The notes under the pieces were generated by a model, which did not search any database, was not told the origin of the DNA, and saw only the letters and a list, made by a program, of their open reading frames with translations. A program made the translations under genes and the position numbers. A DNA stretch of 64,000 nt from Selaginella moellendorffii (taxonomy: Eukaryota; Plantae; Lycopodiophyta): NCBI RefSeq assembly GCF_000143415.4, contig NW_003314278.1, positions 822,371-886,370 of the forward strand, in the 5' to 3' direction. Positions 20,693 to 32,855 of this stretch are shown one piece after another; the first letter of the stretch is position 1; every line of letters begins with the position of its first letter.

Positions 20693-22318
20693 ATGGTTCT
20701 AGCAGCAGCCACCGCCGCCGTCGGGATGGCAGCGGGTAGCAGCAACACCTCCTTGTTTCTCCCCTGGCACAGCGGCGGCTGGAGCAAACCAAGGATTGCA
20801 GCAGCTCAGGCGAGAGGAGGTATCAGTCTCAGATGCTCTGCCCGATGGTCATGCGAGCACCAAGAGGAGCAGCCCATGCTGGCGGCGGCGGAGCGGGCGT
20901 GGGGGGAGGAATGCGGCGTGGTGGGCATCTACGGCGACAGCGATGCGAGCAGGCTGTGCTATCTGGCGCTGCACGCGCTGCAGCACAGGGGGCAGGAGGG
21001 CGCGGGAATTGTGTCGTGTGACGGTGGGCAGCTCAAGGGGATCACCGGGCTGGGGCTGGTGTCGGAGGTGTTCAATCACTCCAAGCTGAGCAAGCTCCCC
21101 GGCTTATCGGCGATCGGGCACGTAAGGTATGGTACCGCCGGTGATTCGGTACTCAAAAACGTCCAGCCCTTTGTCGCCGGCTACCGCTTCGGCTCTGTGG
21201 GCGTGGCTCACAATGGCAACCTTGTCAACTACAACGAGCTCCGCATCATGCTCGAGGACAGCGGCTCCATCTTCAACACCTCCTCCGACACCGAGGTTGT
21301 GCTGCACCTCATCGCCACCTCCAAGGCGCGCCCCTTCATCTCTCGCCTCGTCCACGCCTGTGAGCAGCTCGAGGGTGCCTACTCGCTCGTCTTTCTCACC
21401 GAGGACAAGCTGGTGGCGGCCAGGGACCCCTACGGCTTCCGCCCGCTTGTCATGGGCCGCCGGAGCAACGGCGCCGTCGTCTTCGCGTCCGAGACGTGCG
21501 CCCTGGGCCTCATCGAGGCGGAATTCCAGAGGGAGGTGAACCCAGGGGAGGTGATCGTGGTTGACAGGGACGGCGTCAGCTCCCTCTGCCTCATGCCACA
21601 CAAGGAGCGCAAGGCCTGCATCTTCGAGCACATCTACTTTGCGCTGCCCAACTCGGTCGTCTTCGGACTGTCTGTGTACCAGACCAGGTACAGGATTGGC
21701 GAGGTGCTGGCCGAGGAGGCACCCGTGGATTGCGACGTAGTCATCGCAGTCCCAGACTCGGGGATGGTGGCGGCGCTGGGCTACGCCTACAAGTCGGGCG
21801 TCCCGTTCCAGCAGGGGCTCATCCGCTCGCACTACGTGGGACGGACTTTCATCGAGCCGCACCAGAAGATCCGGGACTTCGGGGTCAAGTTGAAGCTCTC
21901 TCCGGTCAAGGAAGTCCTCGAGGGCAAGAGGGTGGTGGTGGTGGACGATTCCATTGTCCGGGGTACAACGTCGTCCAAGATTGTGAGGCTCATCAAGGAG
22001 GCGGGCGCCAAGGAGGTACACCTGCGGATTGCTAGCCCCCCTATCACGGGCTCCTGTTACTACGGCGTCGACACGCCCTCCAGGGAAGAGCTCATATCGC
22101 ACAAGCTGAGCATTGACGAGACGTGCGCCTTCATTGGGGCCGACTCACTCGCCTTCCTGCCACTTGAGAGGCTGAGGGGAATGCTGGGCCACAGCGCACC
22201 AACTTTCTGTGACGCTTGCTTCTCTGGAAATTATCCCATCCTGCCCAAACATCTGGACCTCCCTCCATCTGGGGTGGACACCCGGATCAAAGAGCCCGTT
22301 GTGCTACCCGTTGCTTAA
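20693..22318 (+). CDS. ASE: Amidophosphoribosyltransferase (glutamine PRPP amidotransferase), plastid, intronless
   Basis: Transit peptide, then EECGVVG (Ntn Cys), LQHRGQEGAG, AHNGNL, CIFEHIYF, PRT motif VVVDDSIVRGTTS, CYYGVD, FCDACFSG. Confidence 0.98.
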   Translation: MVLAAATAAVGMAAGSSNTSLFLPWHSGGWSKPRIAAAQARGGISLRCSARWSCEHQEEQPMLAAAERAWGEECGVVGIYGDSDASRLCYLALHALQHRGQEGAGIVSCDGGQLKGITGLGLVSEVFNHSKLSKLPGLSAIGHVRYGTAGDSVLKNVQPFVAGYRFGSVGVAHNGNLVNYNELRIMLEDSGSIFNTSSDTEVVLHLIATSKARPFISRLVHACEQLEGAYSLVFLTEDKLVAARDPYGFRPLVMGRRSNGAVVFASETCALGLIEAEFQREVNPGEVIVVDRDGVSSLCLMPHKERKACIFEHIYFALPNSVVFGLSVYQTRYRIGEVLAEEAPVDCDVVIAVPDSGMVAALGYAYKSGVPFQQGLIRSHYVGRTFIEPHQKIRDFGVKLKLSPVKEVLEGKRVVVVDDSIVRGTTSSKIVRLIKEAGAKEVHLRIASPPITGSCYYGVDTPSREELISHKLSIDETCAFIGADSLAFLPLERLRGMLGHSAPTFCDACFSGNYPILPKHLDLPPSGVDTRIKEPVVLPVA

Positions 22319-22366
22319 ATCACCTTGGAAACACTTTCAACAAGAAAGAAAAACCAGTAGATTCCA

Positions 22367-23671
22367 TCACCTGCGACTTTTCCAAATATACTTGTTTGTG
22401 TCCTCTTCATCATCGCTGCTGCCGCTGATCTTCTCGTCGTCAGGGTCCGAGTCTTCTAGCTCGTCCTCGGAACAATCTCCGTCTTCTTCGTCAGGATAGT
22501 CGCACTCGGGGCGATCCTCACCTGTAACGTATCTAGAGGTCAGGCGCTCCTTAAGGCATGGCCACACGAAACATTACGGTTTGAGTCCTCGCTGTCATAG
22601 TCGGAATCGACTTGTTCCTCTAATCCAAAGGCACACGAATCGCTCACTTGCAACCTGCAATTTGTCCCCGTGGAAATCTTCAAACCGAGGGTAAGGAAAT
22701 GGCTCACGTTAGTAAGTCATCTTCTTCGTTCACATCTAGTTGTTCGTGCCCCGCCTGCTGTGCATACACGTCGTACACGAACTCCTCTGCAAGACAAGCT
22801 TGGCACATGTGAGGCCTCGTATGCATGGACGCTAACCGGTGGAGGCATCGGCGGGAGGAAAGTTTTCAGGGCAAAATTCCTTAAGGAGTGGCATGTACTT
22901 CATCAGCAGCTCGTTATCCTCGCGATCCCTGTCTTTTCGTGCTGGGTAATCCTGGTTGGCATTAGCGCCAGCTTACCTCTCTCTCGCTTCCTGATCACCT
23001 GTTGTTCGAACTACATCGTAGAGGTGAAAAAACTGGGGCATAACGTCCTCGCTCTCTAGACCCAGTCGATTCTTCCACACCTGCTTGTAGCGCGCGGCTT
23101 TGGCGTCTCTCTGCAAACAAGCTGTAGCACAGGCAGCAGCTTTGGGCCGGCGGAAGTACCTCGTGCTGCTCCCTGGCAGCCGCAGATGCAGATGGCGTCT
23201 TGGCTCTTTTGAAACCGCTCTTCCTTGCCTCTTGCCTGGTTGCAGAAAGTTCGGACTGCAAGCATCCATCCACAGCCATCAGTTCGGATCAGATGGTGCG
23301 CAGCACACTCACCATGAGAGACTCTGACAGGGACGCATCCTTGACTTGTGACGCCTCGACAGTTTGAAGCCGGCAAAAGAGAAGCTTTCCTCCTCCTTGG
23401 CCACCTGGGGGGAAGGGAAGAAAGAAGCGACATGTGCACGTAGCAAGTAGCTTGGCTACCTGAGGGGTGGGGAGCGTCCAGCAGTGTCAAGTTGGCGGCA
23501 TCGGCATCAAGCCCGCGACGCTTTGTAGCACTGCGCTCCAGCCCTGCGATGCCTTTGGTTGGGAGCGGCAGAGCAATGCGTAGCTAGCTGAGACTTACAT
23601 AGGAGGTCCACGGGCTCATGGCAGCGCTTGCGTTTGATGCGCACCAGCGTCGGCTTGCTGCTTCCCGCCAT
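22367..23671 (-). CDS. RDM4: RNA-directed DNA methylation 4 / DMS4 / Iwr1 homologue (multi-exon)
   Basis: LVRIKRKR start, ARYKQVWKNR, HLYDVVR, YMPLLKEF, EFVYDVY and the Iwr1 signature YDSEDSN|GED.PECDYPDEE. Confidence 0.85.
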
Positions 23672-23713
23672 ACCCTGGGCACCTAGTGACACTAGTAGCA
23701 CTAGGACTAGGGC

Positions 23714-26700
23714 ATGCCAATGTCGGTGGTGGCATGGCATTGGCATTGCCTGCCAGTGGTGCCCGGCGGGAGCAGCAGGCAGTGGGTGGCGTCCACCAGG
23801 AGCAGCAAGAGCACGGTGAGAGCCGCGTCGTTGGTGGTGGTGGCGGAGGAGGGCAACAGCGCCAAGGCCCTGGCGTGTAGCGCCGAGGAAATAAGCAGAT
23901 TCGTCAAGGAGCAGCATGAGGTGCGAGGCGACATGGAGTCCCTGGGCGCCAGGTACGATATCAGCACAAAGCTGGTTGCCCGGGTGCTCCAGCAGCTCAG
24001 CGCCCACGTCCAGGCCGCTTATGCCTTCTTCCAGTGGGCGGGCACGCGCGCCACCTTCAGGCACACGAGCACCGTCTACAACCTCATGCTGCAGCTGCTG
24101 TGCCGGGACAAGCAGCTCACGCTCTCGCTCCGCCTCGTCAACCAGATGCAAGCTCAGCACGTCCCCCTCACCAAGGACACGTTTGGCAGCTTGGCCCAGA
24201 TGATGCTCGGCCGCGGTGGCGTGCAAGGTGGCGTGGAAGCTTTCATCAGGCTGGGAGCCTTGGGCTTCAAGTTCAACGCATTTGCCCACGACTGCCTGGT
24301 CAAAGTGATTCTCGAGGAGCAGCGCCTCGACATGGCCTTGGCCACCTACAAGCACCTGCTCAAGGCGGGCCTGCCGGTTGACGCGCACACGGCCACCGCC
24401 ATGGTCAAGGAGGTTTGCAAGCTGGGCAGGACGGAGCTTCTGGCGGAGCTGCTGGCGGAGCTGAGGCAAAAGGGTGTTGGCCTGTCGGAGGTGACGTGCA
24501 CGGAATGCATCCAGGCGTTTGGCAGGGCGGGCGACTTGGACGCAGCCATGGGCATGCTGGATGACATGAGGCGGGGAAACTTCTGCCAGCCGGACACGGT
24601 GGCCTTCACCGCCGCCATGCACTGGCTGTGCGAGGTGCGAAGGGTGGAGCAGGCCATGACACTGTTCGACGACATGAGGGAGACGTGCGACTGCGCCCCC
24701 GACGTTGTCGCCTACAACACCCTGATTGCTGGCTACTGCAAGGCCGGTGACGGGGACCGGGCGCTCGACATGTTTCGGCGGCTCAAGCAGGAGGGCAGCT
24801 GCAAGCCAAACGCCGTTTCCTTCGACACACTCGTCATCTTCTTGTGCAAGATGAGCAGAGCAACTGACGCGCTCGCCGTCTTCCAGGAGATGCTCGGCGC
24901 AGGTCTTAAAGCCGACGTCAACGTGTGCAACACCCTCATCCACTGTACCTGTCGGCTGGGCATGCTGCGGCAAGCCCGCCGCCTTCTCCACCACATGACA
25001 GCGCATGCCTGTGCCCGCGATGCCTTCACCTATGGCATCCTTGTCAACGCGCACTGCAGAGCAGGACAGATGCATGAGGTTGCCTCGTTCATGGAACTCG
25101 CCCGACACGACGGCTGTGCTCTCTCGGCGGTCAACTACAATTTCATCATCCAAGGCTTCATCAGGTGTGGCAGGCTAGCTGAGGCCACCCAGCTTTTCGA
25201 GAGCACTATGACCAAGGAGAGCGTCCCGGATGTCTTCACGTACAACCTGCTCATAGGTGCTCAAGGCAAGGCTGGCAACATGGACAAAGTGTGGGAGCTA
25301 CTGTCGACAATGCAACGAGCAGGCTGCCAACCGGACCACTGCACGTTCAACAGCATCCTGCACGGCATGCGGAGGGCGGCCAGGATTGACGACTTCCACA
25401 GGCTGTCGGCTGAGATGGCCAAGCACGCTGTACTCCCCACGGTGCACATGGCCAACGTTCTCGTCACTTGCCTTGCTCACGCCGGCAAGATGGAGGAGGC
25501 CTTGGATTTCCTGAGGGAATTCCCTGGCGGTGCTATTGAGGTGCCCGGCTACAACACTCTGATTGCCGCCTTGGCCAGGGCTGGCAAATTCGACGAGGCG
25601 TGCAACGTGTTTCTGGAGATGAAGGAGCTCAGTGTGGCCACGTGCGACTTGCTGCTCAGCGGCCTTGTTGACGCAGGAAGGAGCGATGACATAGAGAGGG
25701 TGATCAGCGAGGCCAGAAGCGTGGGCCTTGCGTCAGAGGACGTGATGTACAGCTCCCTCATCAGGGTTCTGTGCAAGAAAGCCGGGGGGCTTGAGGATGC
25801 CCGCAGGTACTTGCGGCTGATGCAAGGGAAGGGGCTCTGCCTCTCATCAGCTGGGCACGGTTCCTTGCTCACAGCTCTGTGCAAGTCAAAGCAGCTCGAG
25901 GAAGCCTTGACCCTTTTTCAAGAGGCGGAGCAAGGAGGAGTCGTTCTGGATGTTTTCACGTACAGCTACCTCATGGATGCTTTTGGAAAGGCAGGGAGAG
26001 CGGCCAAGGCTTTGGAGGTGTTTTATAACATGCAAAAGGCGGGTTGCATGCCCGACACCGTTGTTTACAACGTGTTGATCAGCTGCCTCGGTAAGCAGGG
26101 TAAAGTTGACGAAGCGCTAGAGCTGCTCGAGGACATGAACAGGAAAGGGATCATGCCAGATTGCCGCACCTACAACATCGTCATCGATGTTCTGAGCAGC
26201 TGCGGGAGGTATGAGAAGGCGTACAGCTTCTTCGGCATGATGAAGAGAAGGAAGCATTCTCCGGACGTGGTCACCTACAACACTCTCCTCAACGGCCTTA
26301 AAAAGCTGCGCAGGACCGACGAAGCTTGCGATCTGTTCGACGAGATGCAGGCCAACAAGTGCATGCCAGACTTGACGACCTTCGGAACGCTCATCGATAC
26401 TCTTGCCAAGGCTGGAAGAATGGAGGACGCCCTTGAGCAAAGCGCTCGACTCGTGAAGATGGGCCACGCTCCAAACTCGTACATATACAATGCCCTCATC
26501 TCCGGCTTCTGTAGGAGCGGTCAAGTGGACAAGGGGTACGAACTGTTTCAGGACATGATTGAATGCAGCTGCTTCCCCGACTCCATCACCTATACCATCT
26601 TGGTGCTTGGTTTCAGCCGGCGGGGCCACACGAGCATGGCCATGGAGCTGCTCCAGGAGATGGTGAGGGAGGGGCACACACCTGCCCTTGCCACCTATAA

Positions 26701-26845
26701 CGTGCTCATCCGGAGCTTGAGCATGGCCGGGCAAGTGGAAGACGCGTACACACTCTTCAAGGAGATGATTGCCAAAGGCTTCAACCCAGACATGCAAACG
26801 TACTCGGCGCTTCCCAACCTCAGCACTCCCAACAAAAGCGTGTAG
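23714..26845 (+). CDS. P-class pentatricopeptide repeat protein, 1043 aa, intronless, probably organelle-targeted
   Basis: Tandem 35-aa repeats (PDVVAYNTLIAGYCKAG, PDTVVYNVLISCLGKQG and others); no E/DYW tail. Confidence 0.96.
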   Translation: MPMSVVAWHWHCLPVVPGGSSRQWVASTRSSKSTVRAASLVVVAEEGNSAKALACSAEEISRFVKEQHEVRGDMESLGARYDISTKLVARVLQQLSAHVQAAYAFFQWAGTRATFRHTSTVYNLMLQLLCRDKQLTLSLRLVNQMQAQHVPLTKDTFGSLAQMMLGRGGVQGGVEAFIRLGALGFKFNAFAHDCLVKVILEEQRLDMALATYKHLLKAGLPVDAHTATAMVKEVCKLGRTELLAELLAELRQKGVGLSEVTCTECIQAFGRAGDLDAAMGMLDDMRRGNFCQPDTVAFTAAMHWLCEVRRVEQAMTLFDDMRETCDCAPDVVAYNTLIAGYCKAGDGDRALDMFRRLKQEGSCKPNAVSFDTLVIFLCKMSRATDALAVFQEMLGAGLKADVNVCNTLIHCTCRLGMLRQARRLLHHMTAHACARDAFTYGILVNAHCRAGQMHEVASFMELARHDGCALSAVNYNFIIQGFIRCGRLAEATQLFESTMTKESVPDVFTYNLLIGAQGKAGNMDKVWELLSTMQRAGCQPDHCTFNSILHGMRRAARIDDFHRLSAEMAKHAVLPTVHMANVLVTCLAHAGKMEEALDFLREFPGGAIEVPGYNTLIAALARAGKFDEACNVFLEMKELSVATCDLLLSGLVDAGRSDDIERVISEARSVGLASEDVMYSSLIRVLCKKAGGLEDARRYLRLMQGKGLCLSSAGHGSLLTALCKSKQLEEALTLFQEAEQGGVVLDVFTYSYLMDAFGKAGRAAKALEVFYNMQKAGCMPDTVVYNVLISCLGKQGKVDEALELLEDMNRKGIMPDCRTYNIVIDVLSSCGRYEKAYSFFGMMKRRKHSPDVVTYNTLLNGLKKLRRTDEACDLFDEMQANKCMPDLTTFGTLIDTLAKAGRMEDALEQSARLVKMGHAPNSYIYNALISGFCRSGQVDKGYELFQDMIECSCFPDSITYTILVLGFSRRGHTSMAMELLQEMVREGHTPALATYNVLIRSLSMAGQVEDAYTLFKEMIAKGFNPDMQTYSALPNLSTPNKSV

Positions 26846-26897
26846 CTTACTAACATTATTTTCGCGGAGACGATTACCTTTACAAAATCAGAATCAC

Positions 26898-28438
26898 TCA
26901 GTTGTGCGGCAAGGCTTTCCCGGAGCCAGGATTGGTGAGCAGTTTTACAGTGGATCTCTTCCTCAGGCGGGGTGTCATGAGTCCAGTTTGTATGCGCGTC
27001 TTGATTGCCTTTTCCTGGGAAAGCAAAACAAGCAACAAGGTAAAAAATGGATGGAATTATTGGGAATTCTGGTGCCAAAGGTCTCACTATTCGCATCGGG
27101 TAAGTGTCCGCTTACCATGACGTGGCACCCCTCCTCAAACTTCTCCAGGAAACCGCTGACCCAGCGATCGGCATTCTCCACCCACTCGCTGTGATGCATC
27201 CCAGCGGTCCTGGCAACAGTGTTGAGCTGCGCAGTGCATTGCATGACGGGGATGAGTAGCGGGCTGACACATTCTCGACTTACTCTCTGTCCAACACGTT
27301 CTTGCTGCTCCTTGACCTTCTGGCGCAGCTTCCGCATTCCCATGTTGACTTGCAACTGCTTTTCCTGCGATCCAGCACAGAATCAGCTCCGGCAAAAGGC
27401 TTGCCACCTCGTCTCTCACCTTGACGTAGCTCACCCCCAGCTCCTTTCTCGAGTAGCCGCGAGCGAGGTTGCGCATGACATACTCATTGTAGTCCTTGAT
27501 GATCCGCATGATGAGATCCGAAGTGGAGACACCGTCCGTTCGCTTGGTTTCCATGAACTTCCCGGCGGCTTTAACCTGCACCATGCGGAACTGATCAGAG
27601 ACGACAACCAAATCATGCGCGAGCGCGTACAAAGTGATAGACGTCCTTGCTTGCTCCACTAGTATCAGCGTACCTGTAGCGATTTAGCCAGCTGGTGTCA
27701 GTCAGTCAGGAACACCAAAGCCAAACTTACGGCAGCGCGTCATGGGCCACATAATCAATGCGGTGCTTGTCCAGAAACTCCTGAGTGATAACCCATGGCG
27801 CATCCTCGACCACCTCGTCCACCCACCTGAGAGCAGCATGGAATCTGGAGGTGCTAGCTAGATGAGATATGTACCTGCAATGGCGTAGTGACTCGTATCG
27901 TTCGGCCTCGCTCATCACCGTCTTGCCCTTGTACTTGTGGGTCAGGGCATCGCTGCAGCAGCCGACGAGCAAGTAGGTGTTGGGAAATCTGCCACAATGC
28001 CCCCAACCAGAGTGAAGACACAGAGTGAAGAGAGGGAGATACTACTACTCACAGCTTCTTGGCCTGCTCAAGGGATCGAGCATGGCCGAAGTGGAAGAGG
28101 TCGTAGATGCCATCCGCGTATACCCTTGTGGGACGACTGCTCTCATCCGGTGGCGGTGAAGGGTGCGGCTGGTAGCGTAGCCGATGACCTGCTTTCTCCT
28201 CCTCTTCCTCCTCCTCCTCCTCCTCATCGTCATCCTCCTCCTCCTCCTCCTCCTCCTCCTCTTCCTCCTCGCTAGTGCCGCTCACTGCCTGCTCGCCGTC
28301 CCCATTCATTCCGGGCTCTTCCAATTCCTCGAATTCCTCCTCGTCCGTCGCGTCCTCGTATGTGGTGGCCTCCTCCTCGCCCATTGCCTGGCTCGCCAGC
28401 CTCTTCTGCGTGCTACTCACCCGCGACCGACTGCCCAT
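26898..28438 (-). CDS. CCT: CTP:phosphocholine cytidylyltransferase with acidic N-terminal extension (8 exons)
   Basis: [24 protein letters not shown] (HxGH), [41 protein letters not shown]; stop at 26898-26900. Confidence 0.96.
28196..28270 (-). repeat. (GAG)n trinucleotide tract encoding a poly-Glu/Asp run in CCT exon 1
   Basis: (CCT)n on the plus strand; encodes E12-D3-E10. Confidence 0.95.
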
Positions 28439-28655
28439 GCCGCTACTGCTACTCTGAGTCAATCAATCTTTCGCCTCGCCTGCCCCACCAAGCTAGGGCC
28501 AGGGTGCCTGCCGCAATTCCACGTAGCCTCCCACGTGCTCCATCGCCACCAATCCTCCCTCGTATACCTGACCTAGGCCTGGGTGCGGAACACCTGAAAT
28601 CTCAAATCGTAACTCTCTCTCTTTCTTTACATGGATCTGAAGCATGTAAATATAT

Positions 28656-31087
28656 CTATCTTGGCCCCGATAGGTCCACAGCTTCCAGGTCGGAGTTGGA
28701 ATCTTCCACGAGCTCGTAGTACCTGCGTGGTATGAGCTGAGCCTCGCGGCTTCGTCGAGTCTCCACCTTTTGCCATTCCTCCCATCTCTCGGCCAGGCCG
28801 TCGCCTTCGAGCATCCTCACCACCTCCGACATCTTGGGCCGGTCCGCTGGAAACATCTGCGTGCACAGCAGTGCCACCTGCACCATCTCCTCCAGCTCCA
28901 CTGCGTTGTAGTTCCCCTTGAGCTCCGCATCCACCAATCGATCCAGGTTGTTGGCGTGTTGCAGCTGCTTCACCTGTTGCAGCCACTTAGAAGACCAAGG
29001 ACAATAGCACTCGGTGACAGGCTCACCCAGTCGAGAAGCATCACGTCCTTGTTGGTGAGGAGGCGGTTGAAGTCGAACGCTCCCTGCCCGGTGATTAGCT
29101 CCAGCAGAAGAATGCCGAAACCAAACACATCGGTCTTCTCCGATGACTGGCCCGTCGACAGATATTCTGGCGCAATGTGACCCACCGTGCCGCGCACAGC
29201 CGTTGTGACGTGAGATTCTCGGTGGTCTAGCAGCTTTGCCAGGCCAAAGTCCCCCACCACAGCCTCAAAATCTTCGTCCAGTAGAATGTTGGCAGCCTTG
29301 ACGTCCCGGTGGATAATCTTAGGATCGCAGTGCTCGTGAAGGTACAACAGACCCCGTGCCGACCCCAGGGCGATGCGCTTCCGAGTTGGCCAGTCCAATG
29401 CTGGCTTGCCGCATATTAAGTCTGCCAGCCCCCCACCCTTGAGCACCGCAAACATTTCAAAGGCTACGTACCGCGGAGACGTGACGCCACGCTGCCATTG
29501 GGCATGTACGGGTACACGAGCAGCCTCTCGGTTGGCGTCATGCAGAAGCCTTTGAGGCGGAGAAGGTTCCGGTGCACAGCTAGGCTTATCATCTCCACCT
29601 CCATTTGGAACTGATACTCACCACCGTTGCTGGACCCCTCCTTGAGGCGCTTGACGGCGATAGGGGTCCCGTCCGGCAGTGTCCCCTTGTACACAATGCC
29701 AAACCCGCCCCGACCAAGGATGTTTTTCATGTCGAAATTATCGGTGGCCGTCTGGAGCTCCCGGAAGGAAAACTTTTTGAGCTGCCCCAAGGCAACCTCG
29801 GGATCCTGTTGTTCTGAGCAAGCCAAGTATGTATACACACGTGTGAGGGCCGTCACATGAAGGCAGGGCTCACCATTCACGTCGAAAAAGACCTGACGGT
29901 TGTGGTGGCGTTTCCACCACACCGCTCCAAATGCCAAGAGAGACGCGAGCAGAAATGCAGCAACCGCCAGTCCCGACGCCAGAGCTCCCCGGCTTGCACT
30001 CCCACCCGATCCAACTGCAAGCTAAAAGCTGAAATGAAGCGATCATTTGAGTGGCCTACCTCTTTGGCTCAATGGCTCCAGGTGCCGAGGAGGGTCTCCT
30101 GGACATATCCTGCTCGTCTTGGAGCCACACAGCAGAGGGTTGCCTTTGACACTGCAGCGAGCGAATGAATAGAAGGTTGCTTAGTGCTACAGTCAAGACT
30201 TACTTGAGGTTGGCTGTTGTCGCATTGGGCACATTCCCACTGAGGTTGTTGAAGGACACGTCCCTGTGCGCACCACACTCACAAACGGCTGTCAAAGTCA
30301 AAAGGAGGCCTGGGCCTGGTTTCAGTCATAGCTAAAACGTACAGGAAGTCGAGAGCCCTGATGGTGGCCACCGAAACGGGGAAGGCTCCGCTCAAGCTGT
30401 TGTTGTTGAGCCGCCTTGACACCAACAAAGTTAGCCGCTAAACACGAGGCATCAAGTGACTCTGACTCACAGGTACTGCAGCGTCTGTAGCTTGCCCAAG
30501 GTGGAAGGAATGGGGTCGCTAAGGTTGTTGTTGGAGAGGTCGACACTGATGATCCTGCTCCAGTTTCCAAACTCGGGGGGAATAGGCCCGGACAGGTTAT
30601 TGTTCTGAAGCATCCTGCGATCAATAACACAGGGTAAGATGGAAAGTTTGGTGCTTGCACAAGCTTACAGATACTGCAAGTTAGCGAGGTCGGCGAGGCG
30701 AGGCGAGAGCTGCCCCGATAGCTGCAACCCCGGGAGTTCACTGCAGGCAAGGAACAAAGGGTTGGAGACCAGACAAGGCAAGCACACATACACCCTGGAG
30801 ACGTTTTGCTCGGAGCAAGAGACGTGAATCCAGGAGCAAGGATCAACGGCGTTCTTATCCCATCCCGACATTGCGTTCTGCGGATCCACCAGGCTCTGCT
30901 TGAAGGCAAAGAGAGCGGACACTGGGGACACACACACGAGCGAGGGTTGTACCCCAAGCAAGCAAAAGAGAGCGCGTTTACCTTCGATGTTGAATCCATT
31001 CTGGTTGAGGGCCGCCTCAACGGCGGGGTGCAGGTGCAGCAGCTGACACAAGAGGAGCAAGAGCACAGCGGCAGCGTCTTGTTCCAT
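28656..31087 (-). CDS. LRR receptor-like kinase, subfamily II (NIK/CIK-like, SERK-related)
   Basis: Signal peptide, [11 protein letters not shown] cap, LRR exons, TM followed by [61 protein letters not shown]-terminal LSGPR*. Confidence 0.95.
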
Positions 31088-31177
31088 GAAAACTCCCCCA
31101 CTTTCCTCTCTTTATTAAAGGCTATATAGGGCTTTTATTTGGAGCATTTTATTCACTTCATATTCCAGTGTCACACA

Positions 31178-32371
<1,194 letters not shown>

Positions 32372-32802
32372 TCAATCAATTCACGTACTTATCCATACAT
32401 CATCCCCGCCGATGCAACAACGGGGTGCTTCACCCCTAGTGTGATGAAAAGAGTGAGGAGCCGTGCCGTCATTTATATAACTAAAGTGCAAGGAGATCCT
32501 TGTGAGCAAGTGGATAGGTTTCAGCCACACGCAACTCACCCGATCGTTCTCTGTTATCATTAAGTCTTCCATGCGGTTGGCTTGGGATAGGTGTGTAGTT
32601 GGAAATTTCAAAACCAATTCAGCTTATATTTTTATTGGCCAATTCACTAGCATTTATGGACAAAGATAGAAAATTCATGTGGATTTTTATATTGCTTTTG
32701 CTTTACTTGAGATTCTGTAATAAGCTGCATTGCAAGATCCTACCAGCTTGGCACTTAGCATAGATCCATGAGGAGACAGCGTCAATCATCGCTAGCGGGA
32801 AG

Positions 32803-32805
<3 letters not shown>

Positions 32806-32838
<33 letters not shown>
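32806..32838. repeat. (CT)n microsatellite
   Basis: About 16 perfect CT units. Confidence 0.95.
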
Positions 32839-32841
<3 letters not shown>

Positions 32842-32855
32842 CTCGCAATCTCGCA

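Noticed and set aside
23507-25153. 548-aa antisense ORF opposite the PPR gene (similar cases at 2971-3717, 6650-7711, 21104-22102, 26117-26797)
   Set aside because: Shadow ORFs caused by GC-rich codon usage of the real gene on the other strand; no recognisable motifs.
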